From assembly GCA_035387745.1 (NCBI GenBank), contig DAOOON010000007.1, positions 8,526 to 35,734 of the forward strand: a DNA stretch of 27,209 bases, read 5' to 3'. Positions within the stretch are counted from its first letter, which is position 1, and every line of letters begins with the position of its first letter. The translations under genes were made by a program, and so were the position numbers. Positions 7,132 to 15,696 of this stretch are shown here, piece by piece. This DNA comes from an archaeon. GTDB taxonomy: Archaea; Iainarchaeota; Iainarchaeia; Iainarchaeales; CSSED10-239. The notes under the pieces were generated by a model. That model saw only the letters and a list, made by a program, of their open reading frames with translations, had not been told where the DNA came from and made no database searches.

Positions 7132-10100
7132 TCAGTAATGTCTTAATATCTTTTGTTTTTTCTCGTCTTTACTAAGCTTTTTTGGTTTTTTATTAAATAA
7201 AAAAACCAGTAATATCGCGCCACCAAGCCCAAAAGATAAGATTTGGCCTATTTTGGGATTATTGTTTTTTGGTTGTGTTGTTAAGAGAACCCTAGAGTCA
7301 AAAATTACTTTTAGATAGTTTCTATTTTCATAATCTTTTTTTATATTGTCAATTGCTTCTTTATTTTTTGAAAGCACTCGAGAATTTAAGACATCATTTA
7401 GCGCAGAATTTGAATCTTTCTTTATTTGAATAATTCCTGTATTTACCAATTCTATTTCTTTATTTAAGTCCATCAACCTTTCAATAGTTGTAATGTTTAT
7501 AATATTTAAAGCATCTTCGTTTCTTTTAGATTCGTACTCGTATACTGCATTTGTTGCTTCTTCTTTGTATTTTACGGTTTCTAAAAATGCAAGTTTCTTC
7601 TTTATTCTTATTGCGTCATCAACAGTAACTGCCGGATAGTATTTAACAGAATAAAGGTCTTTTAGATCTATATCTGAATAATACCACTCTAATTCTTGTA
7701 ATTTTTCTAAAAAATCAGATTTTTCAAAGCTTTTAAAATAAGTAAACCATTCTACATTTGTTTCTGTTTTTTTAGCGAGTGTTTCATTTATTTTATTTTC
7801 TAATTCTGTAATTGCTGCAGCGTTATTCGGCGTGCTTTCCAATTCTAAAAATTTATCTTGCAGTTCTAAGTCCATAATATCATAAGATTTTGCAAGATTC
7901 TTTAGGTTATTTAGTTTATTTTCATAATTGTCTTCTTCAAGTTCAACTAGCACGTTTTTTGAATTTGCCAGGTCTTCGTATAATTTTTTTGCAAGATAAT
8001 ATGCGGTTTTTGGGTCCGTAAAAAACATTTTTTCTATTTTCATAATTTCTACACTGTACACCCCCTCTATATTCGAATCACTAATATCTGCAAGTAGCCT
8101 TTTTGTATTTTCTAAATATTCAAATTTTTGATTTTGGCTCTTTTCAAGTTCTATAATTTTGGGTTCCTGTTTTAATATTGAAATAATGTCATCATAACTA
8201 AAAGACTCCTTTAAATTACATTTTTCATAAATTGCCTTAAAGGCAGAGACGCTTTCTTTAGATATGTCTTCAAATTCGCTATTCATAAGCGCATTTATTT
8301 TTAAAAGCAAATCTTTTATTTTTTCTAAAAGTTCTGCATATTCCATTATACAATACACGTCTACCCTTTTTGTTTCAAGCGTTTCAAAACACGTTGGGGC
8401 GCTAATTTGCCCTGCATTCGCATAGTAGTCAATCTCAATTTTGGTTCCGTTTATTACTAATTTTGCTAACCCGCTTTTACATTCAGTAAAGGAAAGATTT
8501 CCACAAACTTTTTCAGAATGCGTATTCTTTAAATCATATCTTTCTAACAACACAAGATTTCCATTTTCGACTTGCCCAATATTTGTATCAAGATCTGTTT
8601 TTTGAAAAATATGCAAATAATATAAAATCTTATTCTCTTTTTGAGTGCTATATTCTATGGCGCCTTCTTCATTTAATACATATGTCGCAGAATCGACAAC
8701 TGCCGCCTGTCCAAGAAACAGTGTGTCCTTTAAGCCGCTGACTGTATTTTTTATAATTGTTTCAAATAGGGTTTTGTCTATGTCTAATTTAATTATACGC
8801 GTAGTTATGCTTTTCTTATTTTCATAGCCTATTTCAAAAAGATTAGTGCCGCTATATACTTTATCAAAGCAAGCCGTTTCCTGATTTAATTTTAAGTTTT
8901 TAGTTAGGGGAAAAGCACCTTCTAATTCGAGCAGGCTTGCGTCTAAACAAAACTCAGTAAGTACGATATTTGATGAATTTACAAGTTTTAAGAAATAAAC
9001 GCCCCCCTCATAATATATTTCTTTGCTCTTAATAATTTGCTCACTAGTTGCTTCTAAGAATAAGGCCTTTATTTCTGCATTTAGTGTGTTTATTTCTTTT
9101 AGATATTCTTTAATTTCTAAAAATATATTGTAATTTTCTTTATTCTTATATTTTTCTAATTTATTCTTTAATTTTGCAATTTCAATTTGCATCTCAAAAT
9201 TCAAATTAAATCTTTTAAGTTCTTCTAATATATTAGAACTATCTGAATAAATGGCCCAAAAAAGTTCAATCTCTTCAGCACGTCCTGCACTGTAATTAAA
9301 TTGATTAATTAAATCAGTGCATTCTTCTTGCGTCGTAATATTAATATCTATAATAGCGCCAGCAAGCGCAAGTTTTTCTAAACTTAAAAAACAATCTTTT
9401 TGGACAAGCGTATTTTTTAGTTTTTCGCAAATCTCTATTTTTAAAACATTATTTGTTTCATTTTCAAATTTTAAAATTAATTCTTTAAAATATAGATTAT
9501 TATAGTCTTTAATAGAATCAATGACTATTTCGCAATCCTTTATCTCCTCTGTTTCGGTTTTTGTCTTTTCTTCAGCCAATTCTATTTGTTTTTCTATTTC
9601 TAAATTAAGGTCTTTTAGATATGAAAGATAATACCCAAACCCCATATCTCCAGAAGCATAGTTTTGTTTATATTTTTTGTATTCTTCAAGTTTAGATTTG
9701 TCTAAAATAAAAAGGTTGTTTTCTAGGCGTTCTTCTAGACCATTAATCCTATTTAATGCCAAATTTAAATCTTCATTAATTTTATTATTTAAAATTATAA
9801 ATCTCTTAAACAAAGAGTCTTCTGTTCCAATGTGCTTGTCAAATAATATATAAAGGTTATAGTTATCTGTTCTTTTAAGATTTGTGTTTATTCTTTGAAA
9901 GTTTTCAAAAGTAGATAATTTAGAGAAAACATAATTACTAGATTTAGAAATTACTGGCATTTTTAGTTCTTGTTCAGGATTATCTATATATTCAGAATAA
10001 TACGCATAAATATCCACATAATTAACGCTCGTCATATAACTTTTTAAAAACCCAAAATTGCTTGCTAGTTCTCTTGCAGCAAATGCTTCTTTTTTTAATA

Positions 10101-10653
10101 CGCCGACATAGATTTTATCATTTATGCTTTCGTCTCTTAGCTCATTAATATTCTGATTAATCAAAGCAAAAGAAACGTATATTTCTTCTTCAGTTATTTC
10201 TTCAACGCCCTGCGATTTAAGATATATAGCATAGTCCTTTAATATTTCTATACTTTTCTGCCAAGCTAAATCTTGATAGTTAAATATTTTAGAAATATAA
10301 AACATTAAATCATTAATACTTCTAATAATCTTTAAATCATTTTCTCCAGAGCAATACGCATATATTTTCTGTATTTCTTTTTCTGCTTTATTAAAATAGT
10401 AAACGCTGCTTGCTATATTGTTTTTATAGGTTAAAATCTTATTTTTAGTTTCAAACGAAACCTCATTTAAAACAAAAAATCCAGAGTTATTTATTTTTTT
10501 ATAACATGCGGAAAATCCATTACAATCAGGAATACTGGTTTTAGAGACGTCTGTAGAAGACAAGCAAAGCTGTTTTTGTCTTGTAGTAATTACATCCAAG
10601 CAACCGCTAAGTAACACAAGCAGCAATATTGAAAAGAGAACAATCCATCGCAT
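7132..10653 (-). CDS. giant (1173 aa) coiled-coil-rich envelope protein with lipobox-like signal peptide and C-terminal TM anchor; no recognisable family
   Basis: N-terminus MRWIVLFSILLLVLLSGC (hydrophobic core then L-S-G-C). C-terminus ILSFGLGGAILLVFLF followed by a K-rich tail. Long E/K/L/N-rich helical stretches and a central Cys-containing beta-like region. It is a long uninterrupted ORF in an AT-rich genome. Confidence 0.7.
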   Translation of the reverse strand: MRWIVLFSILLLVLLSGCLDVITTRQKQLCLSSTDVSKTSIPDCNGFSACYKKINNSGFFVLNEVSFETKNKILTYKNNIASSVYYFNKAEKEIQKIYAYCSGENDLKIIRSINDLMFYISKIFNYQDLAWQKSIEILKDYAIYLKSQGVEEITEEEIYVSFALINQNINELRDESINDKIYVGVLKKEAFAARELASNFGFLKSYMTSVNYVDIYAYYSEYIDNPEQELKMPVISKSSNYVFSKLSTFENFQRINTNLKRTDNYNLYILFDKHIGTEDSLFKRFIILNNKINEDLNLALNRINGLEERLENNLFILDKSKLEEYKKYKQNYASGDMGFGYYLSYLKDLNLEIEKQIELAEEKTKTETEEIKDCEIVIDSIKDYNNLYFKELILKFENETNNVLKIEICEKLKNTLVQKDCFLSLEKLALAGAIIDINITTQEECTDLINQFNYSAGRAEEIELFWAIYSDSSNILEELKRFNLNFEMQIEIAKLKNKLEKYKNKENYNIFLEIKEYLKEINTLNAEIKALFLEATSEQIIKSKEIYYEGGVYFLKLVNSSNIVLTEFCLDASLLELEGAFPLTKNLKLNQETACFDKVYSGTNLFEIGYENKKSITTRIIKLDIDKTLFETIIKNTVSGLKDTLFLGQAAVVDSATYVLNEEGAIEYSTQKENKILYYLHIFQKTDLDTNIGQVENGNLVLLERYDLKNTHSEKVCGNLSFTECKSGLAKLVINGTKIEIDYYANAGQISAPTCFETLETKRVDVYCIMEYAELLEKIKDLLLKINALMNSEFEDISKESVSAFKAIYEKCNLKESFSYDDIISILKQEPKIIELEKSQNQKFEYLENTKRLLADISDSNIEGVYSVEIMKIEKMFFTDPKTAYYLAKKLYEDLANSKNVLVELEEDNYENKLNNLKNLAKSYDIMDLELQDKFLELESTPNNAAAITELENKINETLAKKTETNVEWFTYFKSFEKSDFLEKLQELEWYYSDIDLKDLYSVKYYPAVTVDDAIRIKKKLAFLETVKYKEEATNAVYEYESKRNEDALNIINITTIERLMDLNKEIELVNTGIIQIKKDSNSALNDVLNSRVLSKNKEAIDNIKKDYENRNYLKVIFDSRVLLTTQPKNNNPKIGQILSFGLGGAILLVFLFNKKPKKLSKDEKKQKILRHY

Positions 10654-10752
10654 AGATGAATTAAGAAATTAAGTGCAATATAAATTCAGTAGTCTGATAT
10701 TTTTGTAAAATCTATAAAAACAATATGAAAAAAAGAAAAAACACAAAAGGAA

Positions 10753-11103
10753 TTAGTATTTTACTATCCCTTGAGCATTAATTGTTATTATTTGAAACTT
10801 AATTTTTTTCTGTAAGAGTAGTGCTAGAACAACGCTGTGCTCTTTTCCGCTTCCAGAATGTATATTTAAATCAAGCTCTTTAGTGTCTGTTGGTATTTGT
10901 TTTTCTAAGTCCGCCATGATTTCACTAAACCCTTTTCTTGGATCAATTATTATCCAATTTATTGGTTTAGTACAATTAAATTTGTCTTGTGCCCATTCGT
11001 TAGATATTAAATAAACTTTATCATAATCTACATTATCAATTATGTGTGCGACTTGTCCCCAAGTGCCTTTTCCTGTGCTTAATATTCCTAAAAAAGCCTT
11101 CAT
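10753..11103 (-). CDS. small Rossmann-like protein, tentatively CARF-like ligand-sensing domain
   Basis: The predicted beta-alpha alternation is AFLGILSTGKGTWG / VYLISN / NWIIID / LDLNIHSGSGKEHSVVLALL. The post-strand-1 S/T-G and post-strand-4 N-I-x-S-G-S-G-K loops resemble CARF motifs (compare NITGGTK). AGGTGA SD 6 nt upstream of the ATG. Assignment is tentative. Confidence 0.3.
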   Translation of the reverse strand: MKAFLGILSTGKGTWGQVAHIIDNVDYDKVYLISNEWAQDKFNCTKPINWIIIDPRKGFSEIMADLEKQIPTDTKELDLNIHSGSGKEHSVVLALLLQKKIKFQIITINAQGIVKY

Positions 11104-11120
11104 TTAATCACCTTTTTTTG

Positions 11121-11441
11121 TCATATATCAAATTCTTTTTTCGTTTCTTTGTACAAACTCATGAATTTTTTGCCTTTTTCTGTAATGTAATAAACTTTGT
11201 TTTCATTTACCCCAATTTTCTTGATTAAATCTTTTTGAATAAGGGATTCTAATATATTATATAATATAATATCTTTTTTAATATATATGTATTTGAAGAC
11301 ATCCTTTTTTAGATTAAGAAAATCCGCACAATTTTGTTCTAAAATCGTCAAAATTGCCATGTGTTCTTTAGAATTAACAATATCTAATAATTTTGGGTCC
11401 TCTGAAAACATTTTAATTAAGTTATCTTTATTGTCGCTCAT
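11121..11441 (-). CDS. winged helix-turn-helix DNA-binding protein (MarR/ArsR/PadR-like)
   Basis: ILYNILESLIQKDLIKKIGVNENKVYYITEKGKKF looks like a recognition helix plus beta wing. The gene lies 14 nt after the elp3 stop and 17 nt before the next gene. Confidence 0.55.
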   Translation of the reverse strand: MSDNKDNLIKMFSEDPKLLDIVNSKEHMAILTILEQNCADFLNLKKDVFKYIYIKKDIILYNILESLIQKDLIKKIGVNENKVYYITEKGKKFMSLYKETKKEFDI

Positions 11442-11455
11442 ACATAATTATAATC

Positions 11456-12991
11456 TTAAATGTTTTTAATCATATAAGGTTCAGATAGAGAATATCCTTG
11501 TTTTTTATAGTATTCTCTTACGCCAACTCCGCTAATAATGGCGATTTTGTTATATCCTTCTTTTTTTGCCAAATTTTCTGATTCTTTTAATAGTTTTTTG
11601 CCAATTCCCCTGTGTTGTATATTTTTGTCTTCAAATGCTGTTGTTTGTCCATAAACATGAAGTTCTCTTATGATTGCTGTTTTTTTAGTTATTTGTTTAA
11701 TATATGGCTTATTAGGGTATCTTAATCTAATAAAACCAAGCAGATATTTGTCTTTTTCAGCATATAAAAATATTTCTTTTCCATCAGAAGCAATATATTC
11801 TTCTTTTTTTATTTTATATCCTTTTGTATCTTCAAGTTGCCCCTTAGGTTCTTTACATCTAATGCAATTACAAGCTTTCTGACGTTTTTTTAATTCTTCT
11901 TCTACAAGCTGTCTAAGGTTGCTTTTCTTTATGCCAGCAATTATTTTTGTTGCTGGTATATCCCTTTGTATTCTCATAATTCTAACCCATCTCGGCACCA
12001 ATTCTTTGATATCTGCAATTAGTTTGATCGTTTTTTCAAGTTCTAGTGCTTTGTATTCTCCAGAGTAATACATCTGTTCTAGTTTTGTTCCCGCAATTAC
12101 AAGACAAGGGTAGATTTTGATCATGTCTGGTTTAAAATCGGGGTTTGTAAATATTTCCTTAACGGATTTAAGGTCTTTTTTATAATCACTTCCAGGAAGC
12201 CCAAGCATTACGTGATATAGTACTTTAAAACCAGCATCTTTTAGTTCTTTAGTCGCTTTAATTATTTCTTTTACTCCGTGGCCTCTATTTACAAACTTTA
12301 AAACATTATCATCTATTATCTGTGCGCCAAGTTCTACTCTAGTTCCTCCATAATCCAGTAATCTTTTGATTGTTTTTTTATCACAAAAGTCCGGCCTTGT
12401 CTCAAAGGTAATTCCAATTATTCTGTTTTTAGAGCCCATTGCTTTTTTTTTAAGTTTATTTAAATCTTTTTCTGTATCTTTAGAATTTGTAATTTCTTGA
12501 AAAATAGATTTTACAAAACCGTCTTGATATTTTTTAGAAGTTGCAGGAAAAGTCCCACCCATTACAATTAACTCTATTTTGTTAATTGGGTGCCCCGTAG
12601 ATTTTAATTGCTTTAATCTATCTTTTATCTGCGCTCTTGGATCAAAATTATTTCTTTTTGCTCTTAGGCTTGCAGGTTCAAAACCAGTATAGCTTTTTGG
12701 CGCATTCTTCCAAGTTGGGCAATATGTGCATTTACCTGGGCATTCTCCTGGCTTAGTCATGATTGCAACAATTGTTACCCCTGACTGCGTTCTTCCAGGC
12801 TTTGTTATTAAAAATTCTGGCGGACTATCTATCCCCAGTGCCAAAAACACATCAGAAGTTAGTGGAATCTTTTTAAGTCCGTATTTTTTTGCAAATGAAA
12901 CTTTTTTTGCTTCAAATTGTTGTTTAGTAAATTTAGATGACGCGCATTTTTTAAAATAACTAGATATTCTTTTTTTATATAATTCGTCCAT
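11456..12991 (-). CDS. elp3: Elp3-type radical SAM / GNAT acetyltransferase (tRNA U34 carboxymethylation enzyme homolog)
   Basis: Radical SAM cluster motif CPGKCTYCP. Elp3-like core (GGTFPA, ITFETRPD, RVELGAQ, MLGLPG) and a C-terminal GNAT (HRGIGKKLL). Confidence 0.9.
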   Translation of the reverse strand: MDELYKKRISSYFKKCASSKFTKQQFEAKKVSFAKKYGLKKIPLTSDVFLALGIDSPPEFLITKPGRTQSGVTIVAIMTKPGECPGKCTYCPTWKNAPKSYTGFEPASLRAKRNNFDPRAQIKDRLKQLKSTGHPINKIELIVMGGTFPATSKKYQDGFVKSIFQEITNSKDTEKDLNKLKKKAMGSKNRIIGITFETRPDFCDKKTIKRLLDYGGTRVELGAQIIDDNVLKFVNRGHGVKEIIKATKELKDAGFKVLYHVMLGLPGSDYKKDLKSVKEIFTNPDFKPDMIKIYPCLVIAGTKLEQMYYSGEYKALELEKTIKLIADIKELVPRWVRIMRIQRDIPATKIIAGIKKSNLRQLVEEELKKRQKACNCIRCKEPKGQLEDTKGYKIKKEEYIASDGKEIFLYAEKDKYLLGFIRLRYPNKPYIKQITKKTAIIRELHVYGQTTAFEDKNIQHRGIGKKLLKESENLAKKEGYNKIAIISGVGVREYYKKQGYSLSEPYMIKNI

Positions 12992-13026
12992 ATTTTTAAA
13001 TCCCCTTTTTAAAAGAAAAGAGATAG

Positions 13027-13881
13027 TTATTCTGATGCAATTCTAATAATATTATTAAAGAAGTATGCGGGTATTGCATTTAATGCAAAGGTTGGGAAAT
13101 TATATAGGTTTGCAGCATATAGCGCAGCCAAGTCTTTTTTAATAAATAAATTTATGGTTTCTTCATTTCTTTCAAACAACGCCTTTGTAAAAAAGGTAGT
13201 TGTTTGTATTATGCTATTTTGGGGAACTGCGTCAGTATATACGAATAATTGTATTTCTTTGTCTCCAATAGATTTTGGAATAAACGAATAATTAACATCA
13301 ATAGAATCGCTTGGCTGTAAAACAACCGTTACTTCTTTTTTTATTTTTTCTGCATCTTTAGAATCAAACCAAGTTATTGGAAGATTAGAAGATATTGTGA
13401 TTTTTTTTGTAGTTATTGATTTGTTTATTACTTTAATTGTTATGTCTTTTCTTACTCCAAATTTTGTTTCTTTATCATACGGTAAAACAAAAGAAGATAT
13501 TACGTTTGTCGCAACAGTCATTTTTATATATGCACTTTCAGTTTTTCCTGTTTCTGTATTTTTTAATATAATTTTAACTTGTTGTTCTCCTGAAACATTT
13601 TCTTTAATCTTAACAATAGTGTATATGCTTTCTTTTGTTTTTTGTGTGTTTTCAAAGAAGAGATAATTTGAGCCATAATTGTCTGTAGTAATCAAATCGT
13701 ATTTCTCATCAACTCCTAAAAAGAAACTAACCAGAAAATATTCTCCTGGCGCAACAGTTCCAAGCTCTATTGCTTTATTTGGATTAATGTCTGTCATTAT
13801 TGGTTCAAGCATTTGTATAGCATGAATGCTGGGTAAAATAAATAATAAAGAGATTATAAAAAATATTTTTTTGTTAAACAT
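13027..13881 (-). CDS. secreted beta-rich hypothetical protein
   Basis: Signal peptide MFNKKIFFIISLLFILPSIHA, then beta-sandwich-like alternating sequence. No family recognised. Confidence 0.55.
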   Translation of the reverse strand: MFNKKIFFIISLLFILPSIHAIQMLEPIMTDINPNKAIELGTVAPGEYFLVSFFLGVDEKYDLITTDNYGSNYLFFENTQKTKESIYTIVKIKENVSGEQQVKIILKNTETGKTESAYIKMTVATNVISSFVLPYDKETKFGVRKDITIKVINKSITTKKITISSNLPITWFDSKDAEKIKKEVTVVLQPSDSIDVNYSFIPKSIGDKEIQLFVYTDAVPQNSIIQTTTFFTKALFERNEETINLFIKKDLAALYAANLYNFPTFALNAIPAYFFNNIIRIASE

Positions 13882-13904
13882 AATTTTTCACGATTTTTTT
13901 GTGC

Positions 13905-13940
13905 AACATATATATTATTATTGCTATATATAATATATAC
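13905..13940. promoter_or_regulatory. divergent TATA-like boxes (284-aa gene leftward, taw3 rightward)
   Basis: aacatatatattatta (13905..13920) and ctatatataatatatac (13924..13940) lie in the 105-nt divergent intergenic region. Confidence 0.4.
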
Positions 13941-13986
13941 TAAATTATTTATAAATCTAATTAAAATCAACGTTGTGTGAAAAAAC

Positions 13987-14610
13987 ATGAATAAAACATT
14001 AGTGGATTCAAGATTTGCGATGCTAAAAAGGCATCACACTCAAACACTTAAAGATGCAATATCTAAAGACCAAGTTGATGCGCTAGTCATTCCTTTTCTT
14101 TTAAAGGTCACAGAAATACCAGACATTTACACCTCTAGTAGCTGTTCTGGAAGATTGTTGCTTCTTGGTGGAGACAAAGATGAGAACAAAAAGGTTTCAG
14201 GTTTTGTTAATCGCTATCACCGGCAAGTTACTTTTGAAGAGATAAAAAGAGACGTAGATAATTTTAATACCGGTTATTTGTGGCTTAAAGTTGAACCCTT
14301 TATTTTTCATTTTGCAACAAAGGACTATGATAAGGCTAAAGATATTTTAGATTTTTGTAGAGCGCAAGGACTTAAAAAAGCAGGAATAATTAGTGCTAAA
14401 GAAGGGCGCTTTACTTGTGAAGTAACACACACAGTGTTTATGTCTACACTTATTAAAATAGATAAAAAACAGCTTATTTCGGATGAATATCTAAAGCTTA
14501 TAGTAGATATTGCAAACAAAAAATTGGCTGCAAATTTTAAAAAATTAGAAGATTTTGAAAACGCTTTTCTTAAGGCGTTCCCCTCAAAACTAAAAATAAA
14601 AAAGAAATAG
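13987..14610 (+). CDS. taw3: tRNA wyosine-derivative methyltransferase Taw3 (TYW3 family)
   Basis: The signature YTSSSCSGR motif, followed by LWLKVEPFIFHF and GLKKAGIIS, as in TYW3/Taw3 proteins. Confidence 0.8.
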   Translation: MNKTLVDSRFAMLKRHHTQTLKDAISKDQVDALVIPFLLKVTEIPDIYTSSSCSGRLLLLGGDKDENKKVSGFVNRYHRQVTFEEIKRDVDNFNTGYLWLKVEPFIFHFATKDYDKAKDILDFCRAQGLKKAGIISAKEGRFTCEVTHTVFMSTLIKIDKKQLISDEYLKLIVDIANKKLAANFKKLEDFENAFLKAFPSKLKIKKK

Positions 14611-15564
14611 TTATTTTCTTTTCTTCTTTTCTAAATAACTCTGTATTAATGGCAAATATTCAGCAAGTTCTTTTTTTTCTTTTGCGTTTATTCTAGGATT
14701 TCCAGAGTTAATTTTTTCTGAGATGTTTTGTAAGAGACTTGTAAGCTCCATTGGAAAGATTATCTTTGAGGATTGCCCTTCTCCAACCTTTTCAAGCGCC
14801 TTAATATAATAGTATAAAATAGTTTTATCTGAAAGGCTTTCTGTTGCTTCTCTTATAGCATTAATTTTTGCCTTCTCGGATTCTGCTTCTTCAAATATTG
14901 CAAGTTTCTTCTGAACTGCCGCCTTTTGCTTGTGCATTGATTCTACAATTTCTTCTGGTATTTGTAAGTCTCTAATTTCTACAGAGTTTACCCGTATTCC
15001 CCATTCCTTTGCAACGCCTTTTATTTCTTCTGTTATTTTTTTATTTATGTTTTCTGTATTTGATATAACATCAGTTAAAACAAACTCACCCAGTATGTCT
15101 CTTAGCATCGCAATTACAAAATAAGATGCTGCTTTTTTATAGTCTTCGACTTTTACAATAGAATTGATAATGCTTTCTTTATTGTTTTCTATAGAAAGGA
15201 AAAGAATGGCGTCAATTGTAACTTTAATATTATCTTTTGTAATTATCTGCTGAATAGGCACATCCACAACTTGCGTTCTTAAGGTAACATAAGAATATTT
15301 TTCAATAAATGGCAAAACTAAAGTCCAGCCTGGCCCTCCAACTCTATTAACTTTTCCAAATCTAAATATTACTGCTCTTTCATAGTCTTTTAATTGTAAT
15401 ATAATATTGGCACTAAATAATAAAAATATAAAAGCAATAAAGATTAGCACAATAAGAATAATTTGTTTTATGCTTTCGTCTATTATTAAAAAGATAGAGC
15501 CAAGCAATAAAAATCCAAAAATAACCGTTCCAAAAAATATGTTTTTTAGTTTTTGTTCTTCCAT
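14611..15564 (-). CDS. SPFH/band-7 (stomatin/prohibitin-like) membrane protein
   Basis: N-terminal TM hairpin, then YERAVIFRFGKVNRVGGPGW...PFIEK...VDVP.QQIITKDN, typical of stomatin-like proteins, and a C-terminal coiled coil. Confidence 0.9.
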   Translation of the reverse strand: MEEQKLKNIFFGTVIFGFLLLGSIFLIIDESIKQIILIVLIFIAFIFLLFSANIILQLKDYERAVIFRFGKVNRVGGPGWTLVLPFIEKYSYVTLRTQVVDVPIQQIITKDNIKVTIDAILFLSIENNKESIINSIVKVEDYKKAASYFVIAMLRDILGEFVLTDVISNTENINKKITEEIKGVAKEWGIRVNSVEIRDLQIPEEIVESMHKQKAAVQKKLAIFEEAESEKAKINAIREATESLSDKTILYYYIKALEKVGEGQSSKIIFPMELTSLLQNISEKINSGNPRINAKEKKELAEYLPLIQSYLEKKKRK

Positions 15565-15610
15565 CTTTATTCCTACTTGTATTTTTGAATTTAGATATTC
15601 TTTTAAATGC

Positions 15611-15643
15611 TTTTATATATTAAATCCTATATATATATTATAG
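15611..15643. promoter_or_regulatory. divergent TATA-like boxes (SPFH leftward, DUF373-like rightward)
   Basis: ttttatatattaaat and cctatatatatattatag lie in the 132-nt divergent intergenic region. Confidence 0.35.
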
Positions 15644-15696
15644 ATAGAACATTTATTAATCTTTTACCTTGTTAAAATTAATAAGAGGCAATTTCC

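Noticed and set aside
10653-10697. Possible C/D-box sRNA (GATGA ... CTGA) in the spacer upstream of the giant gene
   Set aside because: The C box is imperfect (tAGATGA rather than RTGATGA). There are no C'/D' boxes and no terminal stem, and it is too short. It also overlaps the start codon region of the 1173-aa gene.
14611-15564. SPFH/stomatin gene as part of the usual stomatin-NfeD protease operon
   Set aside because: There is no NfeD-like (ClpP-type or OB-fold membrane) gene on either side. The neighbours are taw3 (convergent, zero gap) and a divergent DUF373-like gene, so no operon claim is made.
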